DNA of 64,000 nt from Macrostomum lignano (taxonomy: Eukaryota). The stretch covers positions 118,258-182,257 of the forward strand of contig NIVC01000909.1 in the NCBI GenBank assembly GCA_002269645.1, given 5' to 3'. The translations under genes and the position numbers were made by a program. Each line of letters starts with the position of its first letter. The stretch's first letter is position 1. Below are positions 12,201 through 22,611 of the stretch, piece by piece. The notes below the pieces were generated by a model. The model worked only from the letters and a program-made list of their open reading frames with translations, was not told the DNA's origin and did no database searches.

Positions 12201-12803
12201 TGTAGGGCTAGCGACTTGATTCTTGTTTGAGAAGGTAGGCAACAAAAAGTAAGCCCTGTGTTCTTGAATTTTGTGTGCCTGCATTGCTCTATTCCATTGC
12301 AGCAAAAATGTCAGGAGGGGGAAAGCTCTCCCTCTTGGTATAGTTCTATTGTTAATATTAGATGTGAACCTATAAAATCCATGCCAAATAGTGTTGCCAA
12401 AGTCTGAGCCAAAGGCCATGTTTTTTAAAATTGTTACTCTTCTAGAAATCAAATTGATAAAGCCTCAGACAACATCTAAAGGGTATAAAAAACAGCTGGT
12501 TAAAAATTGGAAATGAAACCAAGCTGCAATTTGTAAATTAACAAGCTTGATTGGTGCTGGTGCAAAGCAAGAAGTCATATTTTAAACTTATACATATACA
12601 GTTTCTATTTTTAGCAGCTGATAATAATATCCAGTCATTTAGGTGCATGCACTGATGTCAATAAAGTTAAAGCGATTTTTTGTTGTAATTTTTATACTAT
12701 TTAAAATCCAATTCAATCTGTGCATTTATTTTATCATTTCCAGCCTATCTAAGTTTGTTAAACACTTATAAAGATCAAACATATTGCCCATTCAGTTGAA
12801 ATT

Positions 12804-13055
12804 ATGACTAGTCAAAAGTTGCAGAGCTGCAATACTGATAGCGATAGTTCAAGCAATTTCGACAGTGAGATTGCTAAGGCTACAGTTCCAAAAACTAAAT
12901 CTTCATTTTCAACTGTTTGTGGAAACAGTATTGGATTAGAATCTGATGTAATTGATGATGATGATGAGATCATCAGTCCGCATAAAAACCGGCGCTCAAT
13001 GGTCCTCTCCGATGATGAGGAAGAGCATCTTGTTAGGTTAGATCTACACGAGCAG
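12804..13055 (+). CDS. Orphan acidic/Ser-rich protein, exon 1 (84 codons, phase 0)
   Basis: ATG at 12804 with an upstream in-frame TAA. Donor cag|gtgagc. Confidence 0.65.
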
Positions 13056-13080
13056 GTGAGCATTCTTTTGGCTTACAAAA

Positions 13081-13734
13081 GACTGACTGACTGACTGACT
13101 GACTGACTGACTGACTGACTGACTGACTGACTGACTGACTGACTGACTGACTGACTGACTGACTGACTGACTGACTTGAGTGAGTGGGTGACTGACTGAC
13201 TGACTGACTGACTGACTGACTGACTGACTGACTAAGTGAGTGGGTGACTGACTGACTGACTGACTGACTGACTGACTGACTGACTGACTGACTGACTGAC
13301 TGACTGACTGACTGACTGACTGACTGACTGACTGACTGACTGACTGACTGACTGACTGACTGACTGACTGACTGACTGACTGACTGACTGACTGACTAAC
13401 TGACTGACTGACTAACTGACTGACTGACTGACTGACTCACTGACTGACTGACTGACTGACTAACTGACTGACTGACTGACTGACTAACTGACTGACTGAC
13501 TGACTGACTGACTGACTGACTGACTGACTGACTGACTGACTGACTGACTGACTGACTGACTGACTGACTGACTGACTGACTCACTGACTGACTCACTGAC
13601 TCACTGACTCACTGACTCACTGACTCACTGACTCACTGACTCACTGACTCACTGACTCACTGACTCACTAACTCACTGACTCACTGACTCACTGACTCAC
13701 TGACTCACTGACTAACTGACTGACTGACTGACTG
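13081..13734. repeat. (GACT)n microsatellite with CACT variants, intron 1 of the orphan gene
   Basis: Direct reading. Confidence 0.97.
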
Positions 13735-13818
13735 GCATAATATTTATCTGACCGTTAAGGCAAAAACGCTTGCCGGCCCATACCCTGATTTAATAGCTAA
13801 TTTGTGTTTTTTCTTTAG

Positions 13819-14025
13819 GCGCACGAGGAACAGCTTGAAAGTCTGATTAACCTGGGCGTAGCCGAGAGGCGCTGCCCCGTACCTGACCGGATGAGAACCG
13901 TTGTCCGAGAGGTTGACGGTCGTAAGCTATTTTCTGTGGAGCCGGCTGCTGCAGTGTCGGATGATGAATTTCAGAACGATGCTGCTCCGGAGGAAGCTGC
14001 AGAGATAGAGGACAAGGATGATGAG
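13819..14025 (+). CDS. Orphan protein, exon 2 (69 codons)
   Basis: Acceptor ttttctttag|gcg, open frame AHEEQLESLINLG...EDKDDE. The donor gag|gttcga is weak and was chosen for phase fit. Confidence 0.55.
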
Positions 14026-14342
14026 GTTCGAGTTGCAGATTGCTTTTATTGTTGAAGCGTAGCATTGGAGTTTGTTGATTATTAGTGACTGGGTGCCAGG
14101 GTTTATGGCCGGGTTTTTGATGCTCAGTTTAATTTCAAGGTGGACCCGTTAGAAACGATACCATGTGACAAGAGTCAAAAGCGACTGTTGCATCGCAATT
14201 GCGTCACGTGAGTTGTAGACTCGTAAGAGTTTCGAAAAAGTCGTCCAATAATCGTTGCGCTGGCGCTTAACTTCCTACAACTCAGTAGGATTGTTAAAGT
14301 GCAAATAGGGTTCAATAGGCTAAAACTGAGTGTTTATTGCGC

Positions 14343-15010
14343 GATGAAAACGGTAGAACTATAAAAGAAGTGATTCTAAACGACTCTATAAAACAACGAG
14401 AGGTCACGTTACAAATCACCAAAAAAGTCGCAGAAGCTCTTCAGCGTCGCTGTAGAATCGTTAGTGCATCACTTCTGAGTCGATGAGCATGCATCTTCTA
14501 TTCGCCCAGAAATGACGATCCAGCAGTCTGTTAAAGGTCGGTAGTAACGACTCTGTAACGCGTCCAGAACGCCCCAGAAGTGACGCACTAACGATTCTAG
14601 TGACGCAAAAACGTTTCTGTGACTTTTATGCGACTACAGAACGCCGCTGAAACGCCGGAGATGTAACTTTAGTTCATCAAGCGACGCAAATGCGTTTCAA
14701 GCACAACTCAGTGCCTCTAATGCGGCTCTGAAATGCCTCAAATACGACTCTAAGGCCCCAGAATTGTTGCACCGTCGCCTCAGAGTCACTAGAGCCGTGC
14801 ACGTTTCAAAGTCGCAGACAATAGAACGCTTCAAAGTGATTCTGAAGCGACTCTTTGACGAGTTTTTGGCGACTTGTACCGTGACATTTCGTCGTTTTAG
14901 AGTCGTTTAGAATCACTTCTTTCCTATTTGACCTATGTCATCTGCAACGCGTCTGAAACTACTCTGAAGTGACTCCCGGGATGCTTCTTGGCCTGGGTAC
15001 CGTTTTCATC
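14343..15010. repeat. Multi-arm foldback element in intron 2 of the orphan gene
   Basis: Inverted matches: 14343-14355 vs 14998-15010 (13 bp), 14365-14388 vs 14898-14921 (24 bp, perfect), 14453-14477 vs 14575-14599 (25 bp, 1 mismatch). Confidence 0.75.
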
Positions 15011-15222
15011 AAGGGATAAAATTTTTATATTGTGTCAGGTACCATAAAATTTCAATTGATTTAGTGTGTCAGGTGGGAATTGATTGGGTTCAGCATGTCA
15101 TTGTAGATCAGTTTTAATTGGCCGCTTTACTACGAACTATGTTGGGATTTTAGTACGGCTTGATTTCCCAGATGCTGGATTTAACCCATGCGCATCAACC
15201 CATTATCCCCTATTTATAACAG

Positions 15223-15586
15223 CAATCTGATGCAAGCGCCAAGACTAAAGACAAGGACCAGAGGAAGGACGACAGCGGCAGCTCCGGCGACGAGGACAAA
15301 GACTTTATCGTTAGCGACAGCGCCACCCCCAGCTATCACGAATCCGCCGGGCCGTCCAGCTCTGACGATGAGGCGGAGCCAGACAGCGGTAGTAAGACAG
15401 CTGGCACAGCGGCCGGGGTGGAAGCTGATAAAGCCGGCCATGCTAGCGAGTGCCGGTGCCAGTGCCAGTGTCCGTCGTGTCGACGTTGCGAATTCAAGTG
15501 TCGAAAGCGCTGGCGCCAGAAGCGCCAACAGCAAAGAGCTACTGGAGCTGCCGTTGAAGATTCCGAGGATGATGATGCTATTGCTG
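15223..15586 (+). CDS. Orphan protein, exon 3 (acidic, Cys cluster, basic patch)
   Basis: Acceptor tttataacag|caa, open frame QSDASAK...CRCQCQCPSCRRCEFKCRKRWRQKR...DDDAIA, donor g|gtaatt (phase 1). Confidence 0.65.
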
Positions 15587-15777
15587 GTAATTTTGGGGAT
15601 AGAGAACAGGGGGAATGGAGAGAAGAGATCTGAAAAAAAGACAAACCTTGATCTGGCCGGATTGCTATTGGGAAGTTTCAAAAAATCCGAGTGCCGGATA
15701 GAGAAGCTTAGCGGGAGGAGTTTTCTGACCTCTGTACTGAAGGCTGGGATAGCGGTTCTCGTTGACCGCGTAGCTGA

Positions 15778-15925
15778 CACTGAATGATAAACAGTTCTTG
15801 CTGAAGGAGTCACTGTCACTGACACTGAAGAATAAACAGTTCTTGCTGAAGGAGTCACTGTCACTGACACTGAAGGATAAACAGTTCTTGCTGAAGGAGT
15901 CACTGTCACTGACACTGAAGGATGA
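15778..15925. repeat. 45-bp tandem repeat, about 3 copies
   Basis: Unit tgaaggataaacagttcttgctgaaggagtcactgtcactgacac. Confidence 0.9.
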
Positions 15926-16034
15926 ACAGCTATTGCTAAATTGCCTATAAAAAGGAGGGATAACTGCGTATTTAGCCATCTACTTTTAGTAGTTGCAAAA
16001 AACTAAAAGCAATTTTTTCTAACTTTTGTTTTAG

Positions 16035-16108
16035 AAAAGAAACGTCGTTCCCGTAGCAGCGGCAACAACAGCAAAAGCAGAAGACTATCAAGTAGTAGCG
16101 ATGACTAA
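16035..16108 (+). CDS. Orphan protein, exon 4 (terminal)
   Basis: Acceptor ttgttttag|aa, phase 1 matches exon 3, reads EKKRRSRSSG...SSSSDD*. The joined CDS is 897 nt. An AATAAA lies at 16441. Confidence 0.6.
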
Positions 16109-17149
16109 CAAAATAATCGGCGACATTAACAAGTCAATTGGTGATGGTGTTATAACTCTTAAGTCTTCCTTATGACCAAAGTTTACATCATTGTAACTCG
16201 TAAAAATCATCATCTTTCATTTAGGACAAGATAGCAGCAATTACTTTTAATTTTTGCATTTTTTAAGTTGATTTTTTCTACTTTAAAAAGTTTCTTATCT
16301 GATATTTTAGTGCGTTTATGATAGCGTATTTTAACATTTGACCTTTGTGTTGTGCGTTGTTATTTTACCCTCTCAAGACTAGACAATGAATGTATAGCTT
16401 TGTGAACCCACTAAAGTTGAAGTAATCTGGACTGCACTGTAATAAAAATGTCAAACTGTCAAACTTTGAAGATAAATCAACAGTTTCTTTTGTTCAGTTA
16501 TTTATACTAATGACTATGAATTTAACAGTAGTGTAGATACGTAGTAGTAACTTGGAAATTTGGAAACTATACCCTGTACTACAGTACAAGAGAACTTGCC
16601 GATAAATGGAAGACATTTTTTTGTCTTCCATAAAATATCTAAGCAGTTTACACAAAATTCCCACATTGGTGAATGACGAAATGACTTCCTTAAGTTGGTG
16701 CATGTTAATTAAGATGACAAAGTGACCCAAATTGAGGTGCATGGGTTGATAGACCTTTTTTGATGTGTTAAAAGCGTCAAATTTGATTGACTAAGGACTT
16801 CTCATCCACACTTGAATAAAATGTAGGCCAAAATTCATATTTTGAAAGTCTTAGGACTTTAGGCTTATTCTGGTGCTAAGACAGACAGCCTGTCAATTTA
16901 AGGCCCCTACTTCAGTTTTTCGACAACTTTCTTGTCACTAGGAGGTGCACTTGGTTCTGTACTGAGTCGCATAACGAAAAATACTTCAGATTTCTTGTCA
17001 ACTCCTACTCTAAATTGGAGCTAAATTGTGAAACTTCACTGCTATGCTACACATTTGATTGATTTTTACTGCAATTCTGAATTTTTGGGTTCTAGATCCT
17101 GTACGGAAGCCCTTGACTCCTATTTTCACACTTCAAACATAAAACCTAC

Positions 17150-17810
17150 ATTCTGACACCTGACTCCCGTATTATGACACTTCCTGACTCACATTCTGAC
17201 ACCCGACTTCCACATTCTGACAAATGACTCCTACAATCTGACACTTCCCAATTTCCAAATTCTGACATTTCCTGATTCCCACAATCTGACACCTGACTAT
17301 CACATTCTGACCCTTCCTGACTCCCACATTCTGACAGACTGACATCTGACTCTCACATTCTGACACTTCCTGACTCCCACATTCTGACACCCGACTTCCA
17401 CATTCTGACACCCGGCTTCCACATTCTGACACCCGACTTCCACATTCTGACACTTCCTGACTCCCACATTCTGACAGTTCCTGACTCCCACATTCTGACA
17501 CTTCCTGACTCCCAAATTCTGACACTTCCTGACTCCCACATTCTGACAAATGACTCCTACAATCTGACGCTTCCTGATTTCTACAATCCGACACCTGATT
17601 CCCACATTCTGACACCTGACTCCCACATTCTGACACCTGACTCTCACATTCTGACACTTCCTGACTCCCAAATTCTGACACCTGACTCTCACATTCTGAC
17701 ACTTCCTTACTCCCACATTCTGATACTTCCTGACTCCCACCACATTCTTACACTTCCTGACTCTCACATTCTGACACCTGGGTCTCAGATTCTGACACTT
17801 CCTGACTCGC
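17150..17810. repeat. Variable-unit minisatellite with core cacattctgacac
   Basis: Direct reading. Units about 21-24 bp. Confidence 0.9.
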
Positions 17811-18315
17811 TAATTTTGGCACCCTCCTTCACATTTGTAATTTTCGTGACTCCCATTATAATTCTGCTTCTGACGTAAAAAATACAATTTTAACCCGACT
17901 TAAGATATTTTTTCGAGCCTTGTCGCGCACTTATAATGGTTAAAATGCTGTTAAAAATCATCTGAATGTGCCCAAAGGGTCCGAAGGTGATTGCTGGTTT
18001 TGGGTAAAGCTACGTGCTAATTTACATGATGATAAAACGTCGAGATCAGTGTCGCTACACTCGTTTACATGCTTGAAGTAATAACCAATGCTGACAAACA
18101 GCAACATATTCTCTACGTGCAGCCAATCCGATCTTCCTTTTCCTGCCAACTTTCTTGTCCTTGCGGAAGAGAGCAAGACAGGATGCAGATTCATTAGTAA
18201 TTTAGTTAGCATAGGTCCATAGGCTTTGGCCTTGCTCTTAATTAACAGCCTGTTTTCCTTCGTTTCTGAGGTTGCTTCTGTAGAGTAATTCTATTAGCCA
18301 CGGGAGGCTTTGGTA

Positions 18316-18405
18316 TCTATCTATCTATCTATTTATATATCTATATATATATCTATCTATCAATCTATCTATATATATATATATATCTATCTATCTATCT
18401 ATCTG
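18316..18405. repeat. (TATC)/(TA) microsatellite
   Basis: Direct reading. Confidence 0.9.
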
Positions 18406-20942
18406 AACTAGGGCACAAATAAATATTTACACCTTTCCATGTTCCATAGTAGGAGTTCTTGCCAGTTCCAACAGTAATATTGTGGTGCTATATATCCTGT
18501 ATAGCCTTTTCTATTGTGCTGGTCGTAAAAGCTTCAATGGCATACATTTTCACAATTTAAATTCCCAAGCTACATGTATATATAAACATATATAGTTTGA
18601 GCTTCTGAAAAATTATAAAAGCTACGCGTACTTGTGCATGCATGCGCTAGAATTTCAACTCTACATTTCTTCCGTAGTTTCACTCCTTTTTGTTACTCTC
18701 CTTTTTAATCATTCAAACAAACCATTGAGCAACATTTCCTGCATTGAGCTTCCTGGCTTTGAACGAATGAAGTTGTCAACGCACTTTTCTTTTCTATGCA
18801 ATCTTAGCGTATTGACAGTGAAGCTTGGCGAAAATAAATTAAATAATAAACATCGTATTAGATTATTAATAGCTCAATCTAGACTGAAAGCAATGGCAGT
18901 TTTCAAAGGTGTATTTGACGTAACTATGTGTGTTTATAAATATCATATTGCTTTACTATTCTGATCATTGCGGCAGGCATATTGTTAAATACAATTGTAT
19001 TATTCAGCAAACAATAGTAAACGTATATACGGATAATTGAGGAAATTGGCAGAGTAAATCAAATACTAACAGTATCTAATTAATGAATTTGCTAATGCAA
19101 CTTTCACAAAGATAAAGCCAAGTAGCTTAATTCTAAATTTGCTAAGTTCGCTAAAGCATGATACATGTATCAGTGTAAGAGTGATACATGTAGTTTTGTG
19201 TGAGAAACTGTCCTTATAATTCATTAAATATACGCCTCTAACCTTCTTTCGTCAAGCAGCTACAATCAATGTTTGTAGAAAATCGCATAAATATTGAATA
19301 TATTATGAGAGCTAAAATAAATATCAGGTTTGATCGAGTGAACGAAGATAAAAACCAAAATGGACTCGAAGGTCAGTAAAAATTTGACAGGTTGGGCTGT
19401 CTAATTAGTTTGAAAAGAAGAACTTCCGTTTGAGTCTTCTTTTACAGCAAAGCGTATAAACTTTTTTAATACATTACAGTAACTAAGTAGTTTATAAATG
19501 AATTTAAATGTATCAATAATCGAAAATAATGGAGAAAGTTATTGAACAGAAAATTGCCAGAAATGGATCTTATTTAGCATCAAAAGTGTTGGTAGAGTTG
19601 ACTTTTGAGCTTAAAAAACCGGTTATTATGAAAGGCAGAACTATAAGTTAGCGAAGCGAAACGGTTTTAGAAATAAAAAGATTGTTTAACTGCAATAGCT
19701 ATAGTTATTAGCAATTCGAAAGCGAAAGTTCATTTAAAGCACATTTGAATTAACAGATGGTTTCTTTATGGTTGAATAAGTTAAGTAATATATGGTATAA
19801 AAGTGACTATTTAACTCGACAATTATAAAAGTAGAATCATTATAAGTTAGACGCCAAAACTCTTAAACAAACCACCATTTAAAAAGCCATTTGGACTTAC
19901 ATTAATCACTGTAACGAAAGAATAGAAAATCAATGTTTTTTATTATTCGTCTGTTTTGATAGTAAACGGTAATTTTACCAGTTTCAAGTTTAGAATTCTA
20001 GTTCTTATCCAATGGCTTTTTCAGTGGTGTAGGGTTACAATTATCAAAAGAGACAAAAACATAAGGCGAAGGCCTATATCAAAACACAGAAACCACGTAC
20101 CAAAACTTAGGAAAACAAAGTTAATGCTCTATTAACAGCTCAAACAAAGTAATTTCGAGCTTACTAAACTGTTACTTATTGAGCAGACGCGTTAACAGTG
20201 CATTTGCTGAATACGGCCATCAGATAAAAGATAAAAAGTTCTAATCAAGCAAACGACGCTAATTATCTAACTAGGCGTGAATTGCTAGGAGGAAAACAGT
20301 CAAAGAAAACGGCGTGATCGATGACGCGAGTTTAATTTGTACTTTTGTATTTTATTGCAGATCAGAGTATGCGTGCGAGCTGTGTATTTTCCCAGCTCTA
20401 TGAGTTGTCTTTATGAAGTAGCCGAATATGCAGATAAGAGGGCGCAGGTTTTTCTCTTAATTAAGCAGCAAAAGACTGTCACACGCGACTTTTTTGCGTG
20501 ATATTTTGTTATAAATGGCTGACCAAGTTGCTGAGATTGGATGCTCAGATATATTAGTGCGTCACTACTCATGTTACTTTTATTTCTTTACAAGCTGCTC
20601 TAAAAGTAATTAAGTAAAGTAATTTAATTACTAGCTACATCGATTGCGTTACCACCCCTTTCAACCCTTGTTAGAAATCACATACTAAATTATTAATGAG
20701 AGTTTCTTGCTTGAACCAATTTAGTGTTTGTTATAAACAGTTGACATTTGGATTTAACCAATCTGTAAGTATAGCGCACTAATGTATCCTTAAAAACTGA
20801 ATTTCATAAACTCATGGTATATCATTTATATCAGTTGGCAACAACTATAATTGATATCGATGCAGTAATAGATTTGCTAATAAATGTTTAACTTTTTGGG
20901 CGTCAGTTTTTCGTAGTTCAGCCTCTGCATTTTCATTGCTGA

Positions 20943-20971
20943 TCATCGCGCTGCTGCCGGAGGAGTGCCGT
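20943..20971 (-). CDS. ank2: Candidate terminal coding exon of the short ankyrin isoform (DGTPPAAAR*)
   Basis: Acceptor ccatttttcag|ac, phase-1 compatible. Short and unverified. Confidence 0.3.
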
Positions 20972-21559
20972 CTGAAAAATGGCAATTTTAAACAAAATAA
21001 TATTTTTGTGCTTCAAAATAAACACGGTCATACTTCATTGTACGCAGCGACAACTCAGGATTCAAGCAAACGCGCGAGTTTTTGTTAGTTCTCAAGCTGC
21101 TGAATAAATACTTCACACATAAGTGCATGGACAACGATAAGAAATATTTGTGAGCTGAAAATGATAATTCACGCGTGTATATTGAACGCGGACAAAGAAA
21201 ATACTTGCAGTGTATAGCAGTACTTGCACTTGTTTTGGGGCGGTTTCTACGACTACAAACAATTCAATGACATGTTAAGTGCAGAGGTACACATGTTCGT
21301 GTAAATGTAAAATCGTCCTTTGTTTCAAGGACACACTGTTGCGTATCTTACTAGTACTATTCACGAAATTCTTCTGGTATTCCTTGGGACAGGAAGTGAT
21401 CGTGCTCTCTAGGATCAATTTCAACTACATAGTCTTCGTCCATACTGATTAGAGACATTTCTGCAATATAGTGGAAGTTTTATTCATCTATTAGATTTTG
21501 ATACAGCAATAAGATAGTCGCTGCTGGCCATGCCATAGGCCTGACCTAACTTCTCATAT

Positions 21560-21755
21560 TGTCACAGCTATGACCTTGAACAAACTGGCTCATAGGATCA
21601 CAACCCTGACTATACTGCTCATAGTTTGACAGCTATATGACCCTGAGTACACTGCTCATAGCGTCACAACTATGACCCTAACTATACTGCTTATAGTGTG
21701 ACAGTTGTATGACCCTGAGTAGACTGCTCATAGTGTCACAGCTATTATGACTCAT
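21560..21755. repeat. Degenerate ~35-bp tandem repeat (gtcacagctatgaccctga.ta.actgctcatag)
   Basis: About 5 diverged copies. Confidence 0.6.
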
Positions 21756-21780
21756 ACTGAACTGCCCATGAGTATCTCAC

Positions 21781-22026
21781 CGTGTCCTAGCTTTTTTCCA
21801 ACTGCACCAGTTGCTGGGACGGCCTGGCCAGCATGACCAACTGCTCCCTGCCTTTCCGGAGCACTGCCTATCGCAAGAAGTTGAGTCTGTTCCTTTTTGG
21901 ATGTCTGCTGATTTTGCAAGTGCTGTGGCTTCAATGTTGCCTCAGGCAGCTGGGATTCTGTGTTACTGTCTTCCTTCTTGACCGCCTCTTGGACGTTCGG
22001 AGCGTCTTGAGAGGAGCTCATCTGGT
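21781..22026 (-). CDS. ank2: Ankyrin alternative exon downstream of the giant exon (82 codons, phase 1-1)
   Basis: Acceptor ttatttctag|ac, open frame DQMSSSQDAP...KKLGH, donor g|gtgaga. Confidence 0.55.
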
Positions 22027-22611
22027 CTAGAAATAATTCAATGCTTTTGCGTCCAACTGACAGGAATCTTCTGTCTCGTCCTCTCAACTGCGTCAATCTG
22101 GTTTAGCCTCACTAAGGGAATTTATACTCATTTTTATTATCTAAGTAGAAGTCGACTGTTATTGGTTGTTCCATGGAAGAATTTTCGTTTTTCTTCGTTT
22201 TTGACGATTCTAACAATGCACTACTTGCAGACAGTAGTATAGTAGCATTCTGAGAATGTTTTAAAGCGTCTAGAAAAAAAATTGTCAGAAAATAAAACAT
22301 AAAGTAAGTGATTGCCCTGTGCTGCACTAACCTCAAAATACAAGCTAGAAACTCAAGTGAGTAATTAGTGAAGGAAAATATTAGGACTCACCGACAGTGT
22401 TAGATTGCGACAACATAAATAACAGATTTATCAATACTCGCTATATACAACAGCAGCGGTGTTAGACTTAGCCAAACTGGCAGCTCTTGTGCAGCTATCG
22501 AGGCATCAGACACCCGATGCACTAGCTGCTAAAGCTGCCACTCCAGGGCAAGGGACTCGGACAGGGGGATAGTAAGAAGGGACTTGAGACTTCTTTCTCG
22601 ACTCTCTGTAC

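Noticed and set aside
15188-15915. 199-aa plus and 233-aa minus ORFs over orphan exon 3
   Set aside because: Neither fits the splice phases of the flanking exons. The spliced frame explains the GC-rich block.
17958-18212. 84-aa minus-strand ORF
   Set aside because: No recognisable domain or splice context.
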